DNA of 64,000 bases from Nitrosomonas sp. Its GTDB lineage: Bacteria > Pseudomonadota > Gammaproteobacteria > Burkholderiales > Nitrosomonadaceae. This document shows, in pieces, positions 35,053 through 45,341 of the stretch. Under the pieces are notes generated by a model that was not told where the DNA came from, ran no database searches, and saw nothing but the letters and a program-made list of their open reading frames with translations. The stretch is from contig JADJBK010000007.1 of the NCBI GenBank assembly GCA_016703745.1, positions 1,413 through 65,412 of the forward strand, read 5' to 3'. Made by a program: the position numbers and the translations under genes. The stretch's first letter is position 1. Every line of letters begins with the position of its first letter.

Positions 35053-35649
35053 TCAGTGCAGCGCTTGGCTGTCATCGGTTACTCCGGCGATACGGCATAG
35101 AACACGGGCATCGAAACTCGTGTGGTCACCCAGTGTCCAGTCGACAAAGCTGGCACCTTCCAGCAAACTCAGAATCTGACGGGAGCACGCCTTTGTATCA
35201 GTGCCACGCTGTATCTGCTGACTAGTCAAGCCTTCATCAAGCAATTTTTGCAGCCACTGGAGTTGAAGTTGAAAGAAATATCTAGTCAGTTCCTGCAAAC
35301 GCTCGGGCAGCACCGCCATTTCTGCGGCCAGTGCACCGCATAGCGGCAACCGCCCTTCTTTCGCGCTTGCCATGAACCACTTGGCAAAAGCCACCAAGCG
35401 GTCACCCACGAATGAATGCACTCGTTCTATTTCATCGAAAGCCAGCGCAACCCGCTCGACATAAGCTTGCACGACAGCTACCCCAAGGTCTTCTTTGCTG
35501 GGGAAGTGATAGTGAATGCTAGCCTTGCGAATGCCGATGGTTTTTGCCAAATCTGCATAGCTAAAGGCAGAGTAGCCCTTGGAACGCAGCAGCGACTCAG
35601 CTGTCTGCATGAGGGATTCTCGTGTGCTAGAAGGCACGGGGTGGCTCAT
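35053..35649 (-). CDS. TetR/AcrR-family regulator (NemR-like)
   Basis: GYSAFSYADLAKTIGIRKASIHYHFPSKEDL. Confidence 0.92.
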   Translation of the reverse strand: MSHPVPSSTRESLMQTAESLLRSKGYSAFSYADLAKTIGIRKASIHYHFPSKEDLGVAVVQAYVERVALAFDEIERVHSFVGDRLVAFAKWFMASAKEGRLPLCGALAAEMAVLPERLQELTRYFFQLQLQWLQKLLDEGLTSQQIQRGTDTKACSRQILSLLEGASFVDWTLGDHTSFDARVLCRIAGVTDDSQALH

Positions 35650-35659
35650 GGTAGTAACT

Positions 35660-36214
35660 CTACTTCCCGTTCACGACCAGCTTAGGGACCATGCGGATGG
35701 CACGGGCGAAATTGGCGAAGTTTGGCGAGGTTCGCATGACTTCCTGATGGATTTTCTCCATTTGCTCGGCGGTGCCATCGGCATCGATATGCACGGTGTA
35801 CTGAATCTCGTCGTAGCCAGGATTGACCCCATTGTCCAAACCCAGGAAACCGCGCAGGTCGAGCGCGCCCGTCGTGTCGATCTCTAAAGAACGCACCGTA
35901 ACACCCATGCCGGCCGCGGTGGCCACATAGCCTACAGTCATGCACGCGTTGAGTGCTGCCATCAGCAACTCCTGTGGATTTGGCGCGGAATTTTCGCCCA
36001 GCAGTTCGGGAGGCTCATCGGCCACGATGGTGAAGTCACGTGCGTGACTCTGCCCGCGCAAGCCGTAGGACTTCACGGTCGCCACCGAGCGCGTCTGACC
36101 ATCCCAGCGAGTATGGACTTCAAATTTAGCCTCGGCATTGCTGGGGTTTTGACGGATACCTTCGGCAAACTGTGTGAGAGCAGCTACATTGATGCCATTG
36201 AGCGAAGAAGTCAT
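35660..36214 (-). CDS. OsmC/Ohr-family protein
   Basis: DEPPELLGENSAPNPQELLMAALNAC, GALDLRGFLG; second Cys position not evident (RTSP). Confidence 0.88.
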   Translation of the reverse strand: MTSSLNGINVAALTQFAEGIRQNPSNAEAKFEVHTRWDGQTRSVATVKSYGLRGQSHARDFTIVADEPPELLGENSAPNPQELLMAALNACMTVGYVATAAGMGVTVRSLEIDTTGALDLRGFLGLDNGVNPGYDEIQYTVHIDADGTAEQMEKIHQEVMRTSPNFANFARAIRMVPKLVVNGK

Positions 36215-36276
36215 GAGGTACCTTTAAATAGATTAATGGAAGAGAAGCATGCATTTCACTTATGCATGTCAGTATA

Positions 36277-36294
36277 CTACCTACTAGTAGGTAG
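36277..36294. promoter_or_regulatory. TetR-type operator
   Basis: Perfect 18-bp palindrome CTACCTACTAGTAGGTAG upstream of osmC-tetR. Confidence 0.7.
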
Positions 36295-36323
36295 GTAGTC
36301 AAGCGGCTGAATGCTTGATTGTT

Positions 36324-37609
36324 GGATCTGTCGCATTAAGCAATTCTTGGCAATTTTTCTTCAATGAAATCATTGAGAGATTTGGTCGAAAAACGCTTAA
36401 GGAACCTCTGATTAATTCCCCGCAAGTAATATAATTCTGCATCAAACTTTTTCGAGAAGCTATTCATGAAACCTTACCAACAGATGAGTTTTGCTGATGC
36501 CGAATACGCCAATAAGGGCAAAGTCACGCGCCGCGAGAAGTTTCTCGATCAACTTGACGGGTTATTGCCTTGGCAGGCTATGATTGATGTTATTGAACCA
36601 CACTATGCGCCAGGCAATGGGCGTGGCCGCAAACCATTTGCCTTGGAATTGATGCTGCGCGCGCATGTTGCGCAAATTATCTACAACTATTCCGATCCGG
36701 GCATGGAAGATGCGCTGTATGAGATTGAATCACTGCGCCGTTTTTGCGGCATTCGTCTGGAAGCCGTGCCGGATGAAAGCACCATTTTGCAATTTCGGCA
36801 TTTACTGGAAAAACACGGGTTAATGGATCAGATCTTCCAGGTCATCAACCAAACGCTGGGTGAGCGTGGGTTGTTCTTGAAAGCCGGCACCATCGTCGAT
36901 GCCAGCCTGATTGCCGCGCCGACTTCAACCAAAAATAAGAGCCGGTCGCGTGATCCAGAAATGCATTCCAGCAAAAAGGGCAATCAATGGTTTTTCGGCA
37001 GCAAGTTTCATATCGGCGTCGATCATGAAACCGGGTTGGTGCATACGCTCAAAGTAACCTCGGGGCATGTCAGCGACGTTGCCGAAGCCGCCGCCCTGCT
37101 GCATGGCGAGGAACAGTTTGTCCATGGCGATGCCGGATATCAGGGGCTGGATAAACGCCCGGAGATGCCGGCAGAAAACCCTCCAGTCTGCGTAATCACG
37201 ATGCGTCCGGGCAAACTGGCCAGGCTCACGAAAGACGATTCCGGCGCGGCTCAACTACTGCGCGGGGCCGCCCGCGAACTGGCGAAACGCCGCGCCAAAG
37301 TCGAACACGTGTTTCGGGATATCAAAATCCGCTTTGGGTATGCTAAAAATCGCTATCGCGGCCTGGCCAAAAATGCGGCCCGTTTGACCTTCCTGACAGC
37401 CATTGCCAACGTCATCCGTGGTGATGCTTATGAACGTCGATGTCTTGTTGCGTCTGAAATTTGAAAACAAGCCAGTAAATGAGCTTGTTTCCAGAGAGGA
37501 ACGGCTGTTTTCATAAAAATCAGCGTCACTATTTGAAGTAGTGGTCAGTTTTTGAGTGACTGCCGTTCAGAATGTTTGTTTTTCAGAGGTTCCTTAATGC
37601 GACAGAGCC
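36324..37609. mobile_element. Second 89-bp MITE, interrupted by IS5
   Basis: 36324-36400 plus 37598-37609 gives 89 bp, 76/89 identical by hand alignment to the reverse complement of 13325-13413. Confidence 0.8.
36401..37593 (+). mobile_element. IS5-group element; transposase 36466-37464
   Basis: GGAACCTCTGA/TCAGAGGTTCC ends, TTAA duplication; RDPEMHSSKKGNQWFFG, GDAGYQG, AKVEHVF. Confidence 0.94.
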
Positions 37610-38909
37610 CCGCTGGACGCTTATAGAGCGAATGGAACGTGCGATTGGAGCTTCCAAGCGTGACGGAAATATGTTTGCCATTCTGTTCATGGATCTCGAC
37701 GGATTCAAGGTCATCAATGATTCTCTTGGGCACTCAACTGGGGATGAAGTCCTGAAGGCGTTCGCGCTGAGATTGCTGCATTGCGTGCGTGGCCGCGACA
37801 CGGTCGCCCGGCTGGGAGGTGATGAATTCGTGGCATTGCTCGAAAATATAGCGACTACGGACGATGCAGCAGAAATGGCGGACAGCATACTCAGCCGCAT
37901 GCGCCAAGGCCTATGGGCCGAAGATCAGCCTCTACAGGTGATGCCGAGTATCGGAATTACACTGTTTCCACAAGACGGGGATACCGTTGAAGAACTGCTG
38001 AAGAATGCGGATGCCGCGATGTACGAAGCAAAACGGGGTGGACGTGGCACCTACCGATTTTTTGAGATAAGTATGAATGAAGCGGCCACTCGCACGCTGC
38101 AGATTCAGCGTGCCTTGCACGAAGCACTCAAAGCCGGTTACTTCTCACTGCATTTCCAGCCAAAATTCCGTGGTAGCAATAGCGAGCTAGTCGGTGCCGA
38201 GGCGCTACTCCGTCTGCACCATCCAGAACTTGGATTTTTGTCACCAATGGGGTTTATCCCGATCGCTGAACGTTCCGGACAAATCGTCCCAATAGGATAT
38301 TGGGTGGTACGTGAAACTTGTCAACAACTACGCCGCTGGAAGGAAGCCGGTTTGCCAGCAATCAAGGTGGCAATCAATTTATCTCCCCGACAACTAGAAC
38401 AGCCGGATCTGATCACGATGATGCTGGATATTGTCCAATCTGAGCAAATCCCATGTGAACAGATTATGTTTGAAATCACGGAAACCGCGGCGATGCAGGA
38501 TGCACTTAAAACAACTGATATGATCCGTAAGTTCCAGGAAAACAACTTCGAGATTGCCATCGACGATTTCGGGACAGGTTATTCGAGCCTTGCCTACTTA
38601 CAACGCTTCCGTGCCAAACAACTGAAAATAGATCGTTTTTTTATCAGTGGTATGGATAAGTGCGGGCCTGAAGGCAGTGTTATCGTTTCTGCAATAATTA
38701 AACTTGCCCATACACTCGGAATGGATGTGGTGGCTGAGGGTGTTGAGACCGATTCGCAACTCAAGAAATTAAAAAGCATGATGTGTGATGAAGTACAGGG
38801 ATTCCTACTGGGCAAGCCTGTAACAGCAGACAAATTTAGCGAATTGCTGCATCAGCATACAGCCCATAATTTAACCAGGTTCCGGGAAAGCCAGGTAAGC
38901 GCTCGATGA
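37572..38909 (+). CDS. 5'-truncated GGDEF-EAL protein
   Basis: MDLDGFK, RGRD I-site, GGDEF, EALLR, DDFGTGYSS, AEGVET; native sequence begins at the MITE junction 37610. Confidence 0.85.
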   Translation: MFVFQRFLNATEPRWTLIERMERAIGASKRDGNMFAILFMDLDGFKVINDSLGHSTGDEVLKAFALRLLHCVRGRDTVARLGGDEFVALLENIATTDDAAEMADSILSRMRQGLWAEDQPLQVMPSIGITLFPQDGDTVEELLKNADAAMYEAKRGGRGTYRFFEISMNEAATRTLQIQRALHEALKAGYFSLHFQPKFRGSNSELVGAEALLRLHHPELGFLSPMGFIPIAERSGQIVPIGYWVVRETCQQLRRWKEAGLPAIKVAINLSPRQLEQPDLITMMLDIVQSEQIPCEQIMFEITETAAMQDALKTTDMIRKFQENNFEIAIDDFGTGYSSLAYLQRFRAKQLKIDRFFISGMDKCGPEGSVIVSAIIKLAHTLGMDVVAEGVETDSQLKKLKSMMCDEVQGFLLGKPVTADKFSELLHQHTAHNLTRFRESQVSAR

Positions 38910-38929
38910 ATTCGGTACTATCAAAATAC

Positions 38930-39130
38930 ACATTTTTATCCCATGCACTTACTCAATGCTTCAGCAACCCCTTCGGTATTAACAGTCGTTGCGCGCACTA
39001 CGCCGAAGACAATCTACTTTTTTCATACATCCGTACCGCCTGCTCCCTGAATTCCAGCGCATACACTGCCCCCGACATTTATTCCATTTCTATCCCCTCT
39101 TCTCTTTCCGTATTTTGGCATCAAGCGTAA
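38930..39130 (-). mobile_element. Degenerate IS3 orfA remnant
   Basis: Minus-strand LEFREQAVRMYEKS..LIPKG with stops, similar to orfA at 7376. Confidence 0.45.
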
Positions 39131-39237
39131 GTGAAAGGATCTGCTGTTGATCGTGTTTGCTACTTCGTAGCTGATCATTATGGTAGCTAGCACCGCCTGA
39201 CTCATGGCCTACCTGAATCACCTGAAGTGACCCTTTC

Positions 39238-39546
39238 TTAGGCTGATGTTTTCGATTCATTCAGCATATGCAGACGTTTAACCTGAATACGATCTATTTG
39301 ATCGCGCATTTGTGCCACATCATAGGCCAGCTGCATTTTGAGCCAATGTTCCGGTGTTCCGCCAAAAGCCTTTGAAACACGAATAGCCATTTCTGGCGAT
39401 ACAGATGCTTTTTCGTTTATAACTCTGGAAAGGGTTGTTCGCACTACACCCAAAGCTTCTGCGGCATCGGTAACACTCAGCCCTAAAGCCTCTATACAAT
39501 CATGTTTAATAATTTTCCCCGGATGTATCGGATTCTTCATAACCAT
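39238..39546 (-). CDS. higA: HigA antitoxin
   Basis: NPIHPGKII..LGVVRTTLSRVIN..SPEMAIR..WLKMQLAYD. Confidence 0.92.
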   Translation of the reverse strand: MVMKNPIHPGKIIKHDCIEALGLSVTDAAEALGVVRTTLSRVINEKASVSPEMAIRVSKAFGGTPEHWLKMQLAYDVAQMRDQIDRIQVKRLHMLNESKTSA

Positions 39547-39558
39547 ATTTTTTACCTC

Positions 39559-39837
39559 CTAATGATAATCTACCAAATCAACATCATAGGACACGCCATC
39601 TTCAAATCTGAAAATAATCCTGTGGTTTCTAGACATGGTAACGCTATAGAAGCCGCGTTTATTTCCCGTCAAAGCATGCAGCCCATAACCGGGTATATCA
39701 ATATCTTCTAGACAACTCGCTTCATCCAAAACAGATAAGAAGCGTTCGGCTTTATCTGCAATATCGGGGCGTAATTTGCTTTTATCGCCTGCCTGATAAA
39801 GACGCTTCAAGCCACGATGCTTAAAATTGTCAATCAT
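39559..39837 (-). CDS. higB: HigB (RelE/ParE superfamily) toxin
   Basis: FKHRGLKRLY..LHALTGNKRGFYSVTMSRNHRIIFRF..VDYH; toxin precedes antitoxin. Confidence 0.92.
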   Translation of the reverse strand: MIDNFKHRGLKRLYQAGDKSKLRPDIADKAERFLSVLDEASCLEDIDIPGYGLHALTGNKRGFYSVTMSRNHRIIFRFEDGVSYDVDLVDYH

Positions 39838-39908
39838 ATCGTACCGTATCGCGTATCGCTTCGCGCGTCAAGCTCTTGTTGTATATATTTGCTACTTTCC
39901 TGATTTCT

Positions 39909-39935
39909 ACTTTACGAATATTTGCGACAGAGTCC
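39909..39935 (-). mobile_element. Orphan IS6-like terminal inverted repeat
   Basis: Reverse complement GGACTCTGTCGCAAATATTCGTAAAGT; partner of 1986-2012. Confidence 0.55.
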
Positions 39936-40225
39936 AATACAGATACTGCTCGTGGTTTGGTTCTTTTGTTTTTCTTTTGGCGTAAATTTTTTTGAATTTT
40001 TAAGCGTAAATTACTACTAAGAGTTGTCTTATTAATGATTTAAGTTTTTTTAGTGGAATATAAAATATTTCTAAAGTAGATAAGTTCTGTGCCGATATAG
40101 GTTATGGATTGTTTTTTGTAATTGTGAGCGTAGCGATCAATAAAATGTTTTTGGTTTGAATGAATTGGTATTTTCATACGAAGGTAAACATTTCTTCTTG
40201 TTATAAAAAACTATCTGATTAATGT

Positions 40226-40310
40226 CCGACACTTAATATTTGAGCTAACCGACACTTAATTTTAATTATGCAAAGTTATGCACAATGCGGCTATTTTTCA
40301 GCGGCTATTT
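40226..40310. promoter_or_regulatory. Candidate oriV downstream of rep
   Basis: CCGACACTTAAT x2 (40226, 40249), DnaA-like box TTATGCACA (40276-40284), GCGGCTATTT x2, adjoining AT-rich tract. Confidence 0.5.
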
Positions 40311-40436
40311 AAGCTAGAAAAGAGAGAGTTTTTCTTTTGGAAGGAATGAATGGCCTCATGAGGGGAGGTTAAGCCCATAAAAGGAGACCATTAGTACTAA
40401 TTGGTGTTGCTAGTAATTTTTAGGAAACGGGGTATC

Positions 40437-41258
40437 CTAAAGCAGCAGTTTTTCAGCCTCTTCGAAACATTTATCTCTGTCCCAGTCCATATTCTTTTCT
40501 TTCAGCTCGGCGGCTTTTAACTGTAGCCGCTTTCGATATTCTATGTCGGGTGGGGCAGTGGTTTTATTTTTGGTATGATTATTTTGTTTTTGACTGACCT
40601 TACTGGCCTTTTTATAGGCTGATTTTAAAGAGAGGGTATTTCTGGCTTGACTGGTTCGGGTAACTAACTTTTCTGCCCAGTCTTTTATTTTATCCTTTAG
40701 ACGTTTACTGGCTTTGCAGCGCTCTTTTTTCAGCATTTCAGCAAGACCGAGAAGTCCAAACAAATCTTTTGTAATTGTCTTAACAGCTGCCAATCCTTTC
40801 CATGACCCGTCGGGTTGTTGTTCGCGTGGCTGTGACACAGTGACAATGCAAGCGATCTTGAGATCATGAATCGCACGCTCTATTCGCCTGGCTTTCATCC
40901 CCGTATCAAGCGCAATGTACTCAAGCGTATAGTTTAAAAATCCATCCGGAGTAGGATTTCCGACTCTTAAACTAACCAAATCTACACGTTTTAACAGCGC
41001 TTTAAGCAAGAGTACGCAAGATTCGCGGCGTTCACTACGTTGTTTACGCGTGCTGCCATTTGCGAAGTTCAGGGAAGGAATTAATTTTGGTCGAATGAAA
41101 TATGCATCGAGGCGTTCCATACATAACGTGAGTATGCGGGGAATACCACCTTTACCTACCAGCGCAGGCTTAACAAGTGTTAATACCGGTTCTACTGGAT
41201 TATGGCCGCAGTAGTTGCCACCACCGTTAATTCTTTTTGTGAATTTTCTCGGTATCAA
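40437..41258 (-). CDS. repA: Plasmid replication initiator, winged-helix type (273 aa, TTG start)
   Basis: RSERRES..LLKALL..DLVSLRV..IALDTGM..RIERAIHDL..LF layout loosely like IncFII RepA; flanked by control elements and origin candidate. Confidence 0.6.
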   Translation of the reverse strand: MIPRKFTKRINGGGNYCGHNPVEPVLTLVKPALVGKGGIPRILTLCMERLDAYFIRPKLIPSLNFANGSTRKQRSERRESCVLLLKALLKRVDLVSLRVGNPTPDGFLNYTLEYIALDTGMKARRIERAIHDLKIACIVTVSQPREQQPDGSWKGLAAVKTITKDLFGLLGLAEMLKKERCKASKRLKDKIKDWAEKLVTRTSQARNTLSLKSAYKKASKVSQKQNNHTKNKTTAPPDIEYRKRLQLKAAELKEKNMDWDRDKCFEEAEKLLL

Positions 41259-41367
41259 AATTATTCCTAGTATCTTTTTTCACTAGGAATAATTGAGTTG
41301 TGATTAAACTTTTTTGTGATTTAGTAGAAAATCTTGTTGCTAAACCCAAAGTTTTGTTATAATGCAT
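41227..41367 (-). CDS. 46-aa leader peptide overlapping the rep start
   Basis: Hand-translated MHYNKTLG..EKIHKKN-TAA; AGGA upstream; out of frame with rep. Confidence 0.5.
   Translation of the reverse strand: MHYNKTLGLATRFSTKSQKSLITTQLFLVKKDTRNNFDTEKIHKKN
41259..41294. promoter_or_regulatory. 13-bp perfect hairpin sequestering the rep RBS
   Basis: AATTATTCCTAGT-N10-ACTAGGAATAATT; AGGA lies in the arm next to TTG. Confidence 0.7.
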
Positions 41368-41368
41368 C

Positions 41369-41452
41369 AACACACTGTTTCCTAGTTTCTAACTGCTTGG
41401 CGTGGAAAGAACTTAACTGTGTGACCCGGCCTCCCAGCCGGGTTTTTCTTTT
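41369..41452 (+). ncRNA. Putative antisense copy-control RNA (~80 nt)
   Basis: Extended -10 TGTTATAAT (41355-41363), intrinsic terminator at 41424-41452, antisense to the rep leader. Confidence 0.6.
41424..41452 (+). terminator. Rho-independent terminator
   Basis: ACCCGGC-CTCCCA-GCCGGGT followed by TTTTCTTTT. Confidence 0.8.
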
Positions 41453-41580
41453 CTGCTTCAGTTAAGTTCAAAAACAAGTGAATCTTCCTGACTTCACTTT
41501 TTATTTTTCTTTTTTAATTTAAAAATTAGAAATTAGAAAAATACTATCCCAACGTACTATACATTGTTTTTCCGCACTAC

Positions 41581-41931
41581 TTATAATTTAATTGCTTTAC
41601 TGAGCTTTTCTGATATCTCAGTCGTAGTAGCTTTATTATTTTCGTACTTGATATTCATCAACCGACCTGTTTCTGGCATTTTGTCAAAACAACTCAGAAT
41701 GTGCTTAATGTATTGTGATTCTTTTTTTTGGTAAAGCACATTATCTTTTTTATCAATATGAACGACTTCCCCAATATTATCTTTTGATGTATTGGCATCT
41801 ACTGCATTGTACAAATTATATATACCAGGGTTTATTCCATGAGCTTTCTTAACTTTTTCTGTTTTCCATTCTCCGCTCATGTCGTTCTGAACTAATTTCT
41901 GTCCATTCATGACGATTAATCGCTTTCTCAT
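41581..41931 (-). CDS. KfrB/TraO-like protein
   Basis: RLIVMNGQKLVQ..KVKKA..PGIYNLY as in IncP-1 KfrB domains. Confidence 0.7.
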   Translation of the reverse strand: MRKRLIVMNGQKLVQNDMSGEWKTEKVKKAHGINPGIYNLYNAVDANTSKDNIGEVVHIDKKDNVLYQKKESQYIKHILSCFDKMPETGRLMNIKYENNKATTTEISEKLSKAIKL

Positions 41932-42056
41932 ATTGAAACGTCACTTTTTAAATGTTTTAACTCAATAATTCTAGAGTTATTCATATTCGAAGGTCGATAT
42001 CAAGCAAAAACATACTATTTTTATTAAAAAGTTATATAAGCATAATATATCTATTT

Positions 42057-42944
42057 TTAAGGATCTGCAAAATTATTTATTTTATTCAGTAAAACTGATA
42101 AATTCATTTGTTCTTTCGTTGTCAGGTTACTAAGCGCTTCAACAGAAATATCTTTTCTTGAGTCAAAGTTTTCATAAAACCGGCTGAAAAGTGATACTAA
42201 TTTCTCGGTCTTTTCGGGGGAAGACCGGTCTTTCTCTATATTCTTAGTCTTATCAATAGTTTTAGAGAGTGGTTCATTTTTATTTCTTGTATTTTTTCTG
42301 TACTTTATTTTGATGAACTGACGTAAAAGATCGACTGATCCGCGTGTGATCTCTTGCTCTGGATTATTAATCCAGTCAATTACGATTTCGGGTGATTCTT
42401 TAAAGGCATAGACAAGTTTATTGATAATTATCGTATCTCGGACTCTGCCAGAATCTAATAATGCTGCAATTGGGTTTGGCAAATCTAACAACATGGAATG
42501 TTGTGAAACGAACGCAGTAGACTTACCGATCATCTTGGCAACGTCCCCGTTCTTAAACCCCTTGGAATATTGATAGCCTATAAAATTAGCGATTTCTCTT
42601 GGGGTTAAGTTGTCTCGCTGTAAATTTTCAATGACTTGGTCAACGTTGGAATAGTCTGTGTCAATAAATGCAGGGATTGTTCTCTTCTGGGCGAGTATGG
42701 ATGCTCGATACCGCCTCGCACCATGATTGATGATAAAGCGTCCTTCCGATTGCGGATTGGGATGTACTGATATCGGGGTTTTTACACCGCGAAGCCGGAT
42801 GGTATCTGCAAGTTCTCGTAAAGTAACAGGGTCAAACTCTGTGCGCGGCTGGTCAGGGTCTTCGTCAATCAGACTTAGATCAATTTCTAATGAGTCAGCT
42901 GTGACAAATTTATTTTTTTTTGTCTCTTTAGTAGCATTTTTCAT
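42057..42944 (-). CDS. korB: KorB/ParB-family protein
   Basis: IDEDPDQPRTEF, GVKTPISV, HGARRYRA, QVIENLQR, HTH. Confidence 0.88.
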   Translation of the reverse strand: MKNATKETKKNKFVTADSLEIDLSLIDEDPDQPRTEFDPVTLRELADTIRLRGVKTPISVHPNPQSEGRFIINHGARRYRASILAQKRTIPAFIDTDYSNVDQVIENLQRDNLTPREIANFIGYQYSKGFKNGDVAKMIGKSTAFVSQHSMLLDLPNPIAALLDSGRVRDTIIINKLVYAFKESPEIVIDWINNPEQEITRGSVDLLRQFIKIKYRKNTRNKNEPLSKTIDKTKNIEKDRSSPEKTEKLVSLFSRFYENFDSRKDISVEALSNLTTKEQMNLSVLLNKINNFADP

Positions 42945-43161
42945 TGCATAAGCTATTAATCTTTAATTAGATTACCTAAATCTATTTGGAATTTATAATG
43001 AACGCAGAGCGGTATATCAACTATCTTTAAGTATATATTAACTAAAGTTAAATGTAATACGGGCCACTTATTGCATCATGCTTCAAAAAATTAACACTTA
43101 AGCTGCTTAGAAAATACCAATACAGCCAATTGAAAAAAGCTGATCAAAGGAGGCAGTCGGC

Positions 43162-43545
43162 TTGTACAACCAAATATTCCTTACAAATATAGCTCGGATA
43201 CTGGATGAGCTAAAAATGACCAAACTAGAGTTAGCTGAAAAAGCTGGTATCTCGGTCACCTTTTTATCGGGCGTGACCCTGGACAGAGCAAATCCGTCAC
43301 TGAGGATCATGGAAGCGATTGCAAATGCCTTGCAAACGCCACTTCCTATTCTTTTGGAGCAAACGACGCTCTCCGAAGAAGATATGAATGAACTAAGGAA
43401 AAGCGAAGCTCCTCGCTCCAGCTTGCCCAAGGGATTAGTACACGCTTGTGGAGTGCTTACCGAGTATCAAGCCTACCAAGTCAGTCTCTGGAATGCCGAA
43501 AACCAAAAACGAGTCTCAAAGAACAGGAAATTAAAGATTAAATAA
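43162..43545 (+). CDS. trbA: TrbA HTH repressor
   Basis: YNQIFLTNI..ANPSLRIMEAIANALQTPLPILLE..FQAYQV-like tail. Confidence 0.85.
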   Translation: MYNQIFLTNIARILDELKMTKLELAEKAGISVTFLSGVTLDRANPSLRIMEAIANALQTPLPILLEQTTLSEEDMNELRKSEAPRSSLPKGLVHACGVLTEYQAYQVSLWNAENQKRVSKNRKLKIK

Positions 43546-43617
43546 AAGAAATATGTTGCTTATATTTTTTATTCATTATATTGTGATATTTATTCCGCAT
43601 AATGGTGAGCAAAAAAT

Positions 43618-44592
43618 ATGCAAGCGCAACTGTCAGATACAGATGTTAATGGTACAAATTTGAAAGAACGCGCCAGGGCAAAGCTGGCGCGGGACATGGG
43701 ATCATTATTAGTTGCTGCATTAGGTGATCCCAAAACAGTTGAGATCATGGTCAATGCTGATGGCCGAATCTGGCAAGAAAAGCTGGGTGAAGCGATGGCA
43801 TGTATCGGTAATCTACGACCTGCCCAAACTGAAGCAATTATCAAAACAGTGGCTGGCTATCACAGCAAAGAAATCACTCGATTAAAACCCATCATAGAAG
43901 GTGAGTTTCCACTCGATAACTCACGTTTCGCCGGTCAACTCCCGCCCATTGTCACCTCACCAACCTTTGCTATCCGTAAGAAAGCCATTGCGATATTCAC
44001 GTTAGAACAGTACGTGGAGCAGGGCATCGTGACGGAAAAGCAATATCAGAAAATTAAATCAGCCATTGCAGATCACCGCAATATCCTCGTCGTGGGTGGC
44101 ACGGGTTCGGGTAAAACCACCCTGGTTAATGCAATCATTAATGAGATGGTCATACAGGACCCATCAGAACGTATTTTCATCATTGAAGATACCGGCGAGA
44201 TTCAATGCGCCGCTGAAAACTGTGTGCAATATCACACCACATTGGATGTATCGATGACCCAGCTGCTTAAAACGACCTTGCGTATGCGTCCGGATCGAAT
44301 ATTGGTCGGGGAGGTGCGGGGAGAAGAAGCCCTGGATTTACTCGATGCCTGGAATACAGGGCATGAAGGCGGTGCAGCAACACTTCACGCCAACGACGCA
44401 TTATCTGGTTTAACCAGACTTGAATCCCTGATTACAAGACACAAGTCAGCACCAAAGGCTATTCAGCCGCTCATCGGAGATGCGGTGCATCTGGTTGTGC
44501 ATGTGTCGCGTACACCAACCGGTCGTCGCGTCCAGGAAGTTTTAGAAGTAAATGGTTACAAACGAGGCAGTTACCGCATCCAGAAAATTTAA
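43618..44592 (+). CDS. trbB: TrbB secretion ATPase
   Basis: [24 protein letters not shown]. Confidence 0.96.
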   Translation: MQAQLSDTDVNGTNLKERARAKLARDMGSLLVAALGDPKTVEIMVNADGRIWQEKLGEAMACIGNLRPAQTEAIIKTVAGYHSKEITRLKPIIEGEFPLDNSRFAGQLPPIVTSPTFAIRKKAIAIFTLEQYVEQGIVTEKQYQKIKSAIADHRNILVVGGTGSGKTTLVNAIINEMVIQDPSERIFIIEDTGEIQCAAENCVQYHTTLDVSMTQLLKTTLRMRPDRILVGEVRGEEALDLLDAWNTGHEGGAATLHANDALSGLTRLESLITRHKSAPKAIQPLIGDAVHLVVHVSRTPTGRRVQEVLEVNGYKRGSYRIQKI

Positions 44593-44613
44593 TCAGTATC
44601 AAAGGAATTTTAA

Positions 44614-45030
44614 ATGAACTATGCACTTTCACCAGTAAGCCTTAAATTATCGGTTCTTAACGCCTCACTGATTGCAATCGCTGCAATCCTCCTGCTTGTC
44701 CCTGACTTGGCGCTGGCCTCTGTTGGCAGCGGCGGTGGTTTGCCGTATGAGTCCTGGCTGGTCAATCTCAGAAACTCAGTGACCGGCCCGGTTGCATTCT
44801 CATTATCGATTGTCGGAATTGTCGTTGCCGGCGGCATCTTGATTTTTGGCGGCGAGTTGAATGCGTTTTTCAGATCGTTAATTTTCATTGTGCTGGTCAT
44901 GGCGTTATTGGTTGGCGCACAAAATATCATGACAAACCTGTTTGGCGGTGCTGTCATCACCCTGCCAGAACAAGCCGCATTTTCCGGTACTTCACAACCC
45001 ATGATTACGCCAAATAATAAGGCTGATTAA
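44614..45030 (+). CDS. trbC: TrbC pilin precursor
   Basis: [29 protein letters not shown]. Confidence 0.95.
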   Translation: MNYALSPVSLKLSVLNASLIAIAAILLLVPDLALASVGSGGGLPYESWLVNLRNSVTGPVAFSLSIVGIVVAGGILIFGGELNAFFRSLIFIVLVMALLVGAQNIMTNLFGGAVITLPEQAAFSGTSQPMITPNNKAD

Positions 45031-45341
45031 TGGCGCTGCGCACCACATTGATCCGCCAGTCCGCGAATCGCCCCAATCTCTTTATGGGCGGTGATCGTGA
45101 GCTGGTCATGTTCTCAGGATTGCTGGCATTCACCCTGATGTTCAGCGCCTTTGAATTCAAGGCATTTTTCTTTGGCGTTATTTTATGGAGCTTTGCCCTG
45201 TACGCCCTGCGCTTGATGGCAAAGAGTGACCCGCAATTGCGCCAGGTCTATTTGCGTCACCGCCTTTATCGGACGTATTACCCCGCACGAAGCACTCCGT
45301 TCTACACCAACACCAGAACGCAAGCGCGTCAATACCGATGA
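45030..45341 (+). CDS. trbD: TrbD
   Basis: NRPNLFMGGDRELVMFSG..AKSDPQLRQVYLRH. Confidence 0.95.
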   Translation: MALRTTLIRQSANRPNLFMGGDRELVMFSGLLAFTLMFSAFEFKAFFFGVILWSFALYALRLMAKSDPQLRQVYLRHRLYRTYYPARSTPFYTNTRTQARQYR

